From the NCBI GenBank assembly GCA_017454855.1, contig JAFTCE010000028.1:23575-87574 (forward strand): DNA of 64,000 bases, read 5' to 3'. How positions within the stretch are numbered: the stretch's first letter is position 1; the number at the start of each line of letters is the position of its first letter. Under the pieces are notes generated by a model. That model ran no database searches, was not told the origin of the DNA, and saw only the letters and a program-made list of their open reading frames with translations. Origin of the DNA: Desulfovibrio sp. (GTDB lineage Bacteria > Desulfobacterota > Desulfovibrionia > Desulfovibrionales > Desulfovibrionaceae). Positions 54,625 to 64,000 of this stretch are shown piece after piece. The position numbers and the translations under genes are program-made.

Positions 54625-57249
54625 ATGCGCAAAAAAATACTTTTTTTAGCCAAAAATTCCACTATTCATTTTCCGCTACTGATGGCTGTCATCGTCATTG
54701 TTTCCTTGTTCGCCTGCCCTGTCCAGCCCAGAGGTGCAGCGCAGACCTCGGCTGCAACAGCTTCTTCAGCAAAGGCAAGCCCTGAAACGCCCCGAAAAGA
54801 TGCTGCCACACAGGCACCAGCAACAGATACCGAACTGAGTGAACAAACGGAAGACGACGCTCAAGATGACGAGGCCCAAAAACAGGCTGAAGAGGCCCAA
54901 CAAAAGGCTGAAGACAAGGAACGCAAACAGGAAGTTGTGCGCCATGCCTGGAGCGCACAGGAGGAAATGCTGCAGACGTTTCAAAAAACAGCAGGAGACC
55001 TCAATGCAAAAATCGATGCCATGAACACTACCCTGGAGCAAGGTTTTGTCGCTTGTGAAGATGAGGCTCGACGACTTTTGGTACTTGCTTCCACGTACAA
55101 AAATTGGAGCAACCCCATGGAGGCCATCAGTCGCAGCATAGGTCACGCGATTTCGGATATCGCCGAAATTTCTTCCCCTCTGCGTGAAGGTCGTGACGAG
55201 TTGCAGCAGAGACTGGACAGGGTTCGTCCTATTGAAGAAAATTTAAACGCACGCTTGGGGAGCGCCGAACAGAGCGATGCTCTCAAGGATTTTGCCAAAG
55301 AAGTGGAACTCACACGCAAAAAGCTTGTCTCGGTGCTTGCCCGTTATGAGACAGCCCTGACTCCCTTTACCAATATGCGGGGACGGCTTGAAGAAACGCA
55401 AAAGGATATTGCGGAACGATTGCCGACACTTTGGAAAAACTATTACCTGCAAGCGCCACTTCCGTGGCTGTCAGAAAAAACCTGGCGCAATTTTTCACGG
55501 CGCATGACATATGCCTTGGATGGCCTCAAGTTACGTTTGCCCATAGAACTCCCCCTCACCAGCGACCAATGGCGTATGGCCGGATTGCGTTTCGGCATCA
55601 GCATTATTCTCAGTCTTGCACTTGGCATTATCATGTACCGCCGCTGGGTTGTCGCGACGAACAACCGCACTGCCCACCATGTGTTTTTTGTCAGCTTGCC
55701 CTGGTTGCTCTTTGGCATTTCCCTGCTCGTGAGTTCTGTTTCTGCCACTGGCGATGTCTTTCGTATATTCCTGGCCTTGGGAAATCTGTGCGCCATTTTG
55801 GGCATCACCTTGCTGGCCTGGGATCTGCGCTGTCTCAACCATCCGGAAGTCCCGCAACAAATATCCCCCTTGCTGCGCCTCATGCCCTTGACCTTTGCCG
55901 CGTATATTCTGCTCTATCTCCCCCTCATCCGGCCCATTCTGCTCATTGCCTGGCTGGCCTGCCTTATAACCACCATCGTCTGGCGACGTTTCTGGCCACC
56001 GCTGTCCGTAGCCCCGCTGCAATTGGAAGGCTACATTCGCTCTGCAGATGGCGTCATACTGTGGATATGCCTCTTCATTTCCCTGGCGGGCCTGCACATC
56101 ATCAGCATGATTTTCTACCTCCTGTTCACGTCGGTCTGTTTGGCCATACAGGTGAGCTTGGGCGGCATAGGACGTATCAACTATCTCAACGAGAATCTTC
56201 CGACACAAGGCGTACAAGCCGTACTGGCCAGTCTCCTGGTTGCCCTCGCCGCCCCCTTGATGCTTGTGACCGCCTTTGTCTCCGTCCTGCTCTGGGGTGG
56301 CACGCTGCCTGGCGGCATGGTACTCATGCAGGAATACCTTTACAAAAGCGTGCGTATTGGCTCCACACAGTTCAACTTCCTATCTATTTTGGCCATCGTC
56401 AGCTTTTTCTTTCTCACGCGGGCAGCTGTCATCATGGGCACGCGCTTTCTCAGGCAGCTACCAAAACAAGGGTTAAACATTGATACCTCGCTCATCCAGC
56501 CAGCACAAACAGCCTTCACATACGCAGCCTGGGCTATTTTCGGTCTGTTCGTACTCCGCTCACTCGGCATGGAATTGAGCAATCTGGCCATGGTCGCCGG
56601 CGGCCTTTCCGTGGGCATAGGCTTCGGCATGCAGGCCATTGTCAGCAACTTCATTTCCGGTCTTCTGCTGATCTTCGGTCGCATGCTGCAGGTGGGTGAC
56701 GTCATTGAAGTGGCCGGCGTAACAGGCAGGGTGCGCAAAATCTCGGTGCGGGACACGTTGGTGGAAACCTACGACAATGCCATGATCTATATTCCCAATT
56801 CGGAATTTGTTTCCAAGCAGCTTGTCAACTGGACGCGCAACAATCCTACGGTACGCATCAACATCCCTGTGGGCGTGGCCTATGGCACAGACACCGGTCT
56901 TGTCATGAAAACCCTCGTCGCTGTTGCCAACGCCCATCATAACGTCCTCAAGTACCCCGCGCCCTCTGTGGCATTCATGGATTTTGGCGACAGCACGCTG
57001 AATTTTGCCTTGTACTGCTGGGTGCCCAAATATGATCTCAGAGTCAGCGTAACCACGGAATTGCGTTTGGAAATCGAGAAGCAATTTCGTGAAAAACACA
57101 TTGAGATTGCATTTCCCCAAATGGACATTCATGTTGCGCAACTGCCGCAAAATACTCAGACCAGTGGCATGACCAAGAAGCAACGCCCTATTCCTAGCCA
57201 TAGAAAGCGTCGTCCGTTGCGGCAAGCCTCCTTGGGAGCGAAAACATAG
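54625..57249 (+). CDS. Large MscS-family mechanosensitive channel (MscK-like)
   Basis: Periplasmic coiled coil, many TM segments, GGLSVGIGFGMQ, GDVIEV, YIPNS, IAFPQ. Confidence 0.9.
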   Translation: MRKKILFLAKNSTIHFPLLMAVIVIVSLFACPVQPRGAAQTSAATASSAKASPETPRKDAATQAPATDTELSEQTEDDAQDDEAQKQAEEAQQKAEDKERKQEVVRHAWSAQEEMLQTFQKTAGDLNAKIDAMNTTLEQGFVACEDEARRLLVLASTYKNWSNPMEAISRSIGHAISDIAEISSPLREGRDELQQRLDRVRPIEENLNARLGSAEQSDALKDFAKEVELTRKKLVSVLARYETALTPFTNMRGRLEETQKDIAERLPTLWKNYYLQAPLPWLSEKTWRNFSRRMTYALDGLKLRLPIELPLTSDQWRMAGLRFGISIILSLALGIIMYRRWVVATNNRTAHHVFFVSLPWLLFGISLLVSSVSATGDVFRIFLALGNLCAILGITLLAWDLRCLNHPEVPQQISPLLRLMPLTFAAYILLYLPLIRPILLIAWLACLITTIVWRRFWPPLSVAPLQLEGYIRSADGVILWICLFISLAGLHIISMIFYLLFTSVCLAIQVSLGGIGRINYLNENLPTQGVQAVLASLLVALAAPLMLVTAFVSVLLWGGTLPGGMVLMQEYLYKSVRIGSTQFNFLSILAIVSFFFLTRAAVIMGTRFLRQLPKQGLNIDTSLIQPAQTAFTYAAWAIFGLFVLRSLGMELSNLAMVAGGLSVGIGFGMQAIVSNFISGLLLIFGRMLQVGDVIEVAGVTGRVRKISVRDTLVETYDNAMIYIPNSEFVSKQLVNWTRNNPTVRINIPVGVAYGTDTGLVMKTLVAVANAHHNVLKYPAPSVAFMDFGDSTLNFALYCWVPKYDLRVSVTTELRLEIEKQFREKHIEIAFPQMDIHVAQLPQNTQTSGMTKKQRPIPSHRKRRPLRQASLGAKT

Positions 57250-57301
57250 TCATGCGTACACAGGTTCCCCTGAAGCGCCCCTCAAAACGTGGGCAACAGC
57301 T

Positions 57302-58858
57302 ATGAAAAAATATTTGCGCTACCTCGGCCCCTTGCTGGTAACGGGCATTTTCGTACTGGCCGTGTACCTGCTGTACCACAAGCTCAAAAGTTACAGCATC
57401 GAAGAAATTCGTGACAGTGCGGAACGGATTTCTCATGCGCGCATTCTTCTTTCCATCCTGCTCATGGCAGTCAATTACATTATTCTCGTAGGTTACGACT
57501 GGCTGGCGCTTAAGGCTATTCACAAAACGCTTCCCTTGTCGCGGGTAGGACTCGTGTCCTTTGTCGGACAGGCCGTGAGCTACAATTTCGGAGCGCTCCT
57601 CGGCGGCACAAGCGTCCGCTACCGTTTTTACTCTTCCTGGGGATTTACCATACCGGAAATCGTACGCTTGGTCTTAATGCTGGCCGTCACTTTCTGGATG
57701 GGGGCGCTGGGCCTGTGCGGACTCATTTTTCTTATTTCACCGCCCGTCATACCCGATGAACTGTTAGCGAAGATGCCCATGACCGATGTGCGCATCCTCG
57801 GCGCCATCCTGCTTCTCGTAGCCTGTTCCTATCTTATACTTTGCTGCCTTGTGCGCAAACCGGTTCACATCTTTGGCAAGGAATTTGTCTTTCCTTCACC
57901 GCGCATTGCCTTTGCCCAGGCTCTTGTGGCCGGTCTTGATCTCATTGCGGCGGCTGCCTGCATGTATGTTCTTCTGCCGCCCGACATGGGCATTTCCTTT
58001 GTGGACTTTCTCCCAAGCTATCTCATGGCCCAGGTGGCCGTCGTGCTGACGCACATACCAGGCGGCGTTGGCATATTTGAACTGGTCATTATTCACCTCA
58101 CACACACCACCGAGGTGCAGACCGTTTTTGCAGCCGTACTCCTGTTTAGGCTCATATACTTTATTTTGCCCTTGATCTTGGCAGCGCTGCTGCTGGCCGT
58201 ATATGAAATATGCCAGCGACGCGACGTGCTACGCGATGCCGGACGTTGGCTTTCCGTCCTTTCCCATTCCATTTCGGCCTATATGACCTTTGCTGCTGGG
58301 GTTCTCCTTTTGGCCCGCTCTCTGTGGCCTGCGGGCGGCATGGGACTCTTACCGGACATGGCAGAACACATGCCTGAAGCCCTCGTGGCGGCAGGCCAGC
58401 TCATGACGGCCCTTGCCGGTGCGGCGCTTCTCTTTGTGGCCTACGGTTTGGAACGACGTCAGGCCCGCGCCTTTCAGCTAGCAGCAACGTTCCTTTGTCT
58501 AGGTGGCGTCGGCACGCTGCTGTATGGATTCTCATGGCTTACGGCGGGCATGGTTGGCGTGGTGCTGTTGACGATCTGCCTTGCACGAAGAAGATTTTAC
58601 CGTTCCTCGTTCTTCTGGGATGAGCGTCTGCCTACCAACTGGCTGGTAGCTGCCTTGGGCGTTCTAGCCTTGGGCATGTCTGCTGGTTGGGCTTTGCACC
58701 ACGCAGGCTGGCACAAGGCTGACTTCTTGGGGACAACAACGCCAGGTATGGCCGTGCGCGTTGCCCTAAATTTTGTGGCCATTCTGGTTGGCCTGCTGTG
58801 TTCGTGGGCCTGGCGAACCCTGCGGCGCAATCGTCGCAGTCTCGACAAAAGGATTTGA
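57302..58858 (+). CDS. MprF-type lysylphosphatidylglycerol flippase/membrane domain protein without the synthase domain
   Basis: GGTSVRYRFYSSWG, HIPGGVGIFE, FRLIYF. Hydrophobic to the C-terminus. Confidence 0.75.
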   Translation: MKKYLRYLGPLLVTGIFVLAVYLLYHKLKSYSIEEIRDSAERISHARILLSILLMAVNYIILVGYDWLALKAIHKTLPLSRVGLVSFVGQAVSYNFGALLGGTSVRYRFYSSWGFTIPEIVRLVLMLAVTFWMGALGLCGLIFLISPPVIPDELLAKMPMTDVRILGAILLLVACSYLILCCLVRKPVHIFGKEFVFPSPRIAFAQALVAGLDLIAAAACMYVLLPPDMGISFVDFLPSYLMAQVAVVLTHIPGGVGIFELVIIHLTHTTEVQTVFAAVLLFRLIYFILPLILAALLLAVYEICQRRDVLRDAGRWLSVLSHSISAYMTFAAGVLLLARSLWPAGGMGLLPDMAEHMPEALVAAGQLMTALAGAALLFVAYGLERRQARAFQLAATFLCLGGVGTLLYGFSWLTAGMVGVVLLTICLARRRFYRSSFFWDERLPTNWLVAALGVLALGMSAGWALHHAGWHKADFLGTTTPGMAVRVALNFVAILVGLLCSWAWRTLRRNRRSLDKRI

Positions 58859-58873
58859 CCAGACAGCACGTCT

Positions 58874-59410
58874 CTATGAAGCGCCACGCAGCAAGACGGC
58901 ATCCTCGCCATCGTGTTCCTTAAGCAGCACGTCAACATGTTCCTGACGACTTGTATGCATAACACGGCCCACATAGTCCGGCTGAATGGGCAACTCGCGA
59001 TGCCCTCTATCGATAAGCACAAGCAATTCCACGGCCTGCGGTCGGCCATAGTCCAGCAGGGCCTCCAAGGCAGCGCGTATGGTACGCCCTGTATACAGGA
59101 CATCATCCACGAGTACGATGGTGCGGTCATTGACGCTTTGCGGAATATGAGACTGACCGATACGGGGCTTGCCCGCCAAACGTGTCCAGTCATCGCGGTA
59201 GAGATTGATGTCCAACGTGCCAAGATCCACCGTCTCCCCCAGGCGATCCTTCAACCTTTGGGCAAGACGACGAGCAATATGCACGCCGCGACGTTCGATG
59301 CCGATGAGCATGACGCTGTCGCACCTATCGTGGCGTTCGTGCAGTTGTGCTGCCAGGCGTTCCAATACACGTGACATTTCACTTTCTTCCATCAGACGGG
59401 TCATGGACAT
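58874..59410 (-). CDS. pyrR: Pyrimidine operon attenuation protein / uracil phosphoribosyltransferase
   Basis: IGIERRG, DINLYRDD, VLVDDVLYTGRTIRAAL, DRGHRELPIQPDYVG. Start after GGAGG. Confidence 0.95.
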   Translation of the reverse strand: MSMTRLMEESEMSRVLERLAAQLHERHDRCDSVMLIGIERRGVHIARRLAQRLKDRLGETVDLGTLDINLYRDDWTRLAGKPRIGQSHIPQSVNDRTIVLVDDVLYTGRTIRAALEALLDYGRPQAVELLVLIDRGHRELPIQPDYVGRVMHTSRQEHVDVLLKEHDGEDAVLLRGAS

Positions 59411-59537
59411 GATCTTTCCTCCATTGCAACTATTGATCAGTTTTTTCATACGTTTTTTCCTCGACAAAGGGAAGCTCTTTGTCATTGACAAGCCTCGGGC
59501 TTGTCCATAGAGACATTGGTCATTGGATGGCAACATC

Positions 59538-62500
59538 ATGAAGAGTTTGCACACGCTTGTGTCCAGCACACAACAACGCATCTATCTGGAACGCAGCGGC
59601 TTGGCCACGCGCTGCCGTCTTGCCTGCGAAGCCGTGGCACAAGGGCGCAGTGTTGTTCTTGTTGTCCGCGAGAGAGAGGAAGGCATGGCCGCCCGAGCCC
59701 TGCTGACGCTCTTTTCCCCTGACATGTCCTTTGAAGACATGCCTCTGACCCATCCCCTCTGGCTGCATCCGTGCATGTCCATGCCTCCCGTAAGCCGCTG
59801 GCGTGAGAAAAATGCATGGCCTGTGCGCATGGGGATTTTTTATGCCCTGGCCCAGGGGCGTCCGCTTGCCCTGGTCGCGGACATGGAAAGCCTGCTCTTG
59901 CGCTACATGCCCAGAAATTTCTTTGACGTGCGTTCCCTGGATTTGGGCAAGGGCAGTGATTTTCCGCCAGAGCTTCTCGTGGAGCAAGCCGTTGAGTGGG
60001 GATACGAGCGCGTGGCCATGGTTTCACGTCCGGGAGAATTGGCCAGACGCGGCGATATTCTTGATATCTATCCTTCTGGCTATGGCCGTCCCGTCAGGCT
60101 GGAATTTTTTGGAGACATTCTGGATGAAATGCGTTTCTTTGATCCGGAAAGCCAGCGTTCCATACGAGAATGCGCTGAACTGACCCTCTTGCCTGCCAGT
60201 CCGTTGCTGCTGGATGTGCAAGGTCAGGCAAAAGCGCTGGAGCGCATTGCCCAACTGTTTTCCGAAGGACGCATTAGCGAAAACGATAACTATGCCTTCA
60301 AAAAAGCTCTGGAAGTCGGTGGAGAAGGACTGCTTCCGGGCTGCATTGTTCCAGAACCCAGTCTTTTTGAGGATTGGCTGCCCCGGGATTGCCTCTGGCT
60401 CTTGCCGGGCGAGACGGACAGCGGCGAATGTCTGCGCACCAGCCGTCGTTCCCTCAAAGAACGCCTGGAGGCTGAGGATGCCCCGCTGCCGCAACCGGCT
60501 TCCCTGGCCTTGCGCAAGGGAGCGCAGCCTGCGCCGTGGAATGCATTTCAGTGCATATATGCCGAACCCCTGGTCATGGGTATTGCAACACGCGGTTTGG
60601 AGTACCCCGAGCGGAGTCTGCACTCCTTTACCGACCTTTTCCCTTTGCCAGGCGCACAGGATCGCCCCTGGCAGTATTTGTCCGGCGGTCTCAAAGAATG
60701 GAAGAGCAGCCGCCGCCAGGTAGTGTTGAGCTTTTCTTCTGGACGCGGACGAGCAAAATTTCTCAAGCTGGCAGAGCAAGACGGCATTCTGCCAGCGCTG
60801 CGCTATGCTCCTGAGGCCACAGGACTGTTCGCCCTGGTTTCCCCCTTTCGGGGCGGTGTGGAACTGGCTTGGGACAATGCCCTGGTTTTGGGTGAAGACA
60901 TTCTGTATCCCAAGGCAGAGAAGAAGCCCCGCAGCGCAGTACGCACATTCAAGGGCCTGGATTCTTTCGATGACCTCAAGCCTGGCGATTTGCTGGTGCA
61001 TCGAGATTATGGTATCGGACGTTTCGCCGGTCTGCAGCATCTGGATTTCACCAAGGTTGCCAACGATTTTCTGCTTCTGGAATATTCCGGCAAGGACAAA
61101 TTGTATGTGCCCGTCGACCGCATGGGCCTGGTACAGCGTTTCAAAGGCACGGAAGGTGTGGAGCCGGCCCTGGACAGATTGGGCGGATCAGCATGGACTG
61201 CAAGCAGAGAAAAAGCGCGTAAGGCCATTGAAAAAATTGCTGCTGATCTGGTGGAAATGTATGCCTACCGCAAGGTTGCCAAGGGCTTTCACTATGATCC
61301 GCCTGGCGAACTCTACCATGAGTTTGAGGCAACCTTCGGTTTTGAAGAAACGGCTGATCAGGCCAGGGCCATCCAAGATGTCCTGGACGACATGGACAAA
61401 TCCCAGCCCATGGATCGTCTTGTCTGCGGCGACGTGGGCTTTGGCAAGACAGAAGTGGCACTCAGGGCCGCTTTCCGCGCTGCTTCCGAAGGACGGCAAG
61501 TGGCCATGCTCTGTCCGACCACGGTCTTGGCCGAACAGCACTATCAGACCTTTCGCGCACGTTTGGCCGGCTTTCCCGTCAATGTGGGCCTGCTGAGCCG
61601 TTTCGTGCCTCACGCCCGCCAGAAGGAAGTACTCAAGGCCGCGCAGTCGGGACAGATCGACATCCTCATTGGTACGCACCGCATCCTCTCCAACGATGTC
61701 AAATTGCCCAACCTGGCTTTACTCATTTTGGATGAAGAGCAGCGTTTCGGTGTGCGCCACAAGGAAAAGCTCAAGTCGATCAAAAAAAATGTCGATGTGC
61801 TTACCCTGACAGCTACCCCCATCCCGCGCACATTACAGCTGTCCATGTCTGGCATCCGTGATTTGTCGATCATTGAAACAGCCCCGCAAGACCGCAAACC
61901 CGTGGCCAGCGCTGTGCTGCGTCGCGAAGACACTGTGCTGCGCTCTGTCATTGAGCGCGAGATTGCGCGCGAGGGACAGGTTTTCTGGGTGTATAACCGC
62001 GTGCAGGGCCTGGAGCGCGTAGCCGAGTATGTACACAATCTGGTGCCCTCGGCTCGTGTCAGTATGGCGCATGGCCAGATGGCAGAAACCACTTTGGAAG
62101 AAACAATGCGCAAATTCTGGCATGGAGAGCTGGATGTGCTGGTGTGTACGTCCATTGTGGAATCCGGTCTGGATTTTCCCCGTGCCAATACCTTGGTAGT
62201 TGACCAGGCGCAAATGTTCGGTCTGGACAACTCTACCAGTTGCGCGGTCGCGTAGGCCGCAGCGACCGGCAGGCATTTGCCTACTTTGTCGTCCCGGATG
62301 CCGAACGGCTCCAGCCACAGGCAGAAGAACGCCTGCGCATCATCATGGATATGGATTATCTGGGGGCAGGTTTTCAGGTGGCCCTGGAAGACCTGCGCTT
62401 GCGCGGTGCGGGCAATATTCTGGGTGAAGTGCAGTCCGGTCATATGTGCCGCGTGGGATTGGATCTGTATTTGCAAATGCTGGAAGAGGCCGTGGCCCGT

Positions 62501-62971
62501 CTCAAGGGCATACCTGAAGTGCCCAGTGCGGAAACCGAACTCACGCTGGGGCTTCCCGCGCACATTCCCGAATCCTACATCGAGGATGGACGCGAACGAC
62601 TGCGCTGCTATAAGGAGCTGACATCAGCGGCAGATGGAAAGGCCCGCGAAGAAGCCGCGCTTTCCATGCGCGACAGATTTGGTTCTTTTCCCGAGGAATT
62701 GCGCAATTTTTTGGCCGTGCTGGATTTCAAGCAATTTCTTACGTCGCTGCAGGTGCAGAAGGCCGATGTCTACCTTGACCATGTGCGCCTGACCTGGGCC
62801 GAGGGGCAAACGGCTGTGCAGCCAGAAAAGATCGTGGCCTTAACGGCCAGCGTGCCGGATTCGCGCATCCTGCCTCCGGCTGGCTTGTATCTGCCGCTGT
62901 CAGGCCAACTGTCTTTCTATGAGCGATTGCAGCAACTGCGGACAAAGTTGGAAATACTTCACCAAGGATAG
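59538..62971 (+). pseudogene. mfd: Transcription-repair coupling factor, split by a 1-bp frameshift at about 62225 (real or sequencing error)
   Basis: GDVGFGKT, DEEQ and TATPIPRT in ORF 59523-62255; RGRVGR, RGAGNILG and the TRCF C-terminal domain in ORF 62240-62971. Confidence 0.9.
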
Positions 62972-63116
62972 CGTAGAAGTGTTTGGAGAAAGTTTCTTGC
63001 TGAAATACTCTGGAAAAGCTTCTTTCTTGGCAATGTTCGACAGTATCTCTTTCCAACGCTGAAGTGGAGACCGCCTTCATGGACGGTTCTCGTCTATCAA
63101 CTTACGCGTCATTGTC

Positions 63117-63647
63117 TTATTTATCATCAAAACTATCAAAATACGGATTTTTGGGATTAATATCTTCGATGATTTTTTTTACGCCTGCTTCAACTTCGTT
63201 ATGTACTTTTCGAATTTTAAAAGCAAAAATCGATAAATATGATTCAACTTGCTGGAAATCTTCAAGGGCCTCGATTTTTTCTTTAAACTCATTGAGCATT
63301 GCTGCTTGGTATGATTGGATATTCGCTTTTGTGATTAATTCAATAAAAAGACTATACTGATTTTTTACCTTTTCCAGAGATGTGGAATTTAAATCCGCAT
63401 TATAAAAGATACTTCGCAAAATCCGCAAAAGCCGTTCGTCAGACAAAATAATATAGCTGTTCGTATACAAAAGCGCTACTTGCTTATTTAAAAAATTGAT
63501 CTCACTGGATTTTATATGGCTCTCAGTACTCACCAACTGTATCAAATTCGACGCCGAAGCCAGCATAATCAAGAGAGAACGAATTTCTCTATCATTGATG
63601 CTAGCCATCAGCGTCGTTAAATTTTCTACTTTCGTGGGCGTTGTCAT
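63117..63647 (-). CDS. AT-rich hypothetical protein (176 aa)
   Basis: Long open frame in AT-rich DNA, with an upstream sigma70-like promoter. No family recognised. Confidence 0.65.
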   Translation of the reverse strand: MTTPTKVENLTTLMASINDREIRSLLIMLASASNLIQLVSTESHIKSSEINFLNKQVALLYTNSYIILSDERLLRILRSIFYNADLNSTSLEKVKNQYSLFIELITKANIQSYQAAMLNEFKEKIEALEDFQQVESYLSIFAFKIRKVHNEVEAGVKKIIEDINPKNPYFDSFDDK

Positions 63648-63740
63648 GGCGATATATGTTCAAAGTAAGTGTTAGCCTTGGTTCCATCCAGGTAAGGCGT
63701 CGGGCTGCGGTCAGCAAGAATTCCCCTTGAATATTTTCAA

Positions 63741-63769
63741 ATTTTACACAACCATTCCCGTATTGGCAA
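63741..63769 (-). promoter_or_regulatory. sigma70-type promoter of the AT-rich ORF
   Basis: Minus strand TTGCCA-17 nt-TAAAAT, about 95 nt upstream of ATG 63647. Confidence 0.6.
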
Positions 63770-64000
63770 GACATTAAATTATCCTGCCGCCCGCTACACT
63801 GGCGCCGGGGTAAAAATACCGCGCCTCGCGGACATATTTTTGTCTCGAATGCGAACACTGGCAGTCCACAGCCTTTCTCGATATTTCTTTTGCTGCTGCC
63901 TTGCCATTGCCCGCCGGTCTTTTTGTCTGTATGCTGCCTTCGCCTCAACGATCGCGCATACTAGAAGAACCGCGTCGCCAACGCCTTTCATTACAAAAAG

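Noticed and set aside
63601-63991. Transposase remnant (GEFLLTA resembles IS1182-type tails)
   Set aside because: The match is a few residues with no DDE context or terminal repeats. The DNA is better explained as the promoter and leader of 63117-63647.

Overview
Chromosomal window of a Desulfovibrio-type sulfate reducer; the nine-haem cytochrome (nhc/9hc) operon points to the D. desulfuricans-like clade (inference). It is mostly housekeeping: rpoBC, rnr-murJ, valS, rpsL-rpsG-fusA, argJ, htpX, hypAB, thyX, pyrR and mfd. It also holds a putative surface glycan/glycolipid cluster, a TRAP transporter, a lower-GC two-gene restriction-modification-like cassette and an AT-rich ORFan. The most striking unexplained structure is a modular, hairpin-rich dispersed element of about 235-280 nt, present three times (31962-32216 minus, 48918-49199 plus, 52433-52667 plus). 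Each copy ends exactly on an in-frame ATG of an unrelated downstream gene and supplies its Shine-Dalgarno sequence. Each copy is bounded by degenerate GTTTC-NNN-CCAC direct repeats, and one end resembles a solitary type I-C CRISPR repeat. Other oddities: an orphan UmuD-like protein with its catalytic Ser replaced by Ala, a 1-bp frameshift in mfd, a flippase-only MprF, and rpoBC and the str operon detached from their usual neighbours. I recognised no rRNA, tRNA, CRISPR array, cas gene, transposase or integrase. All calls are by eye; no database searches were run.
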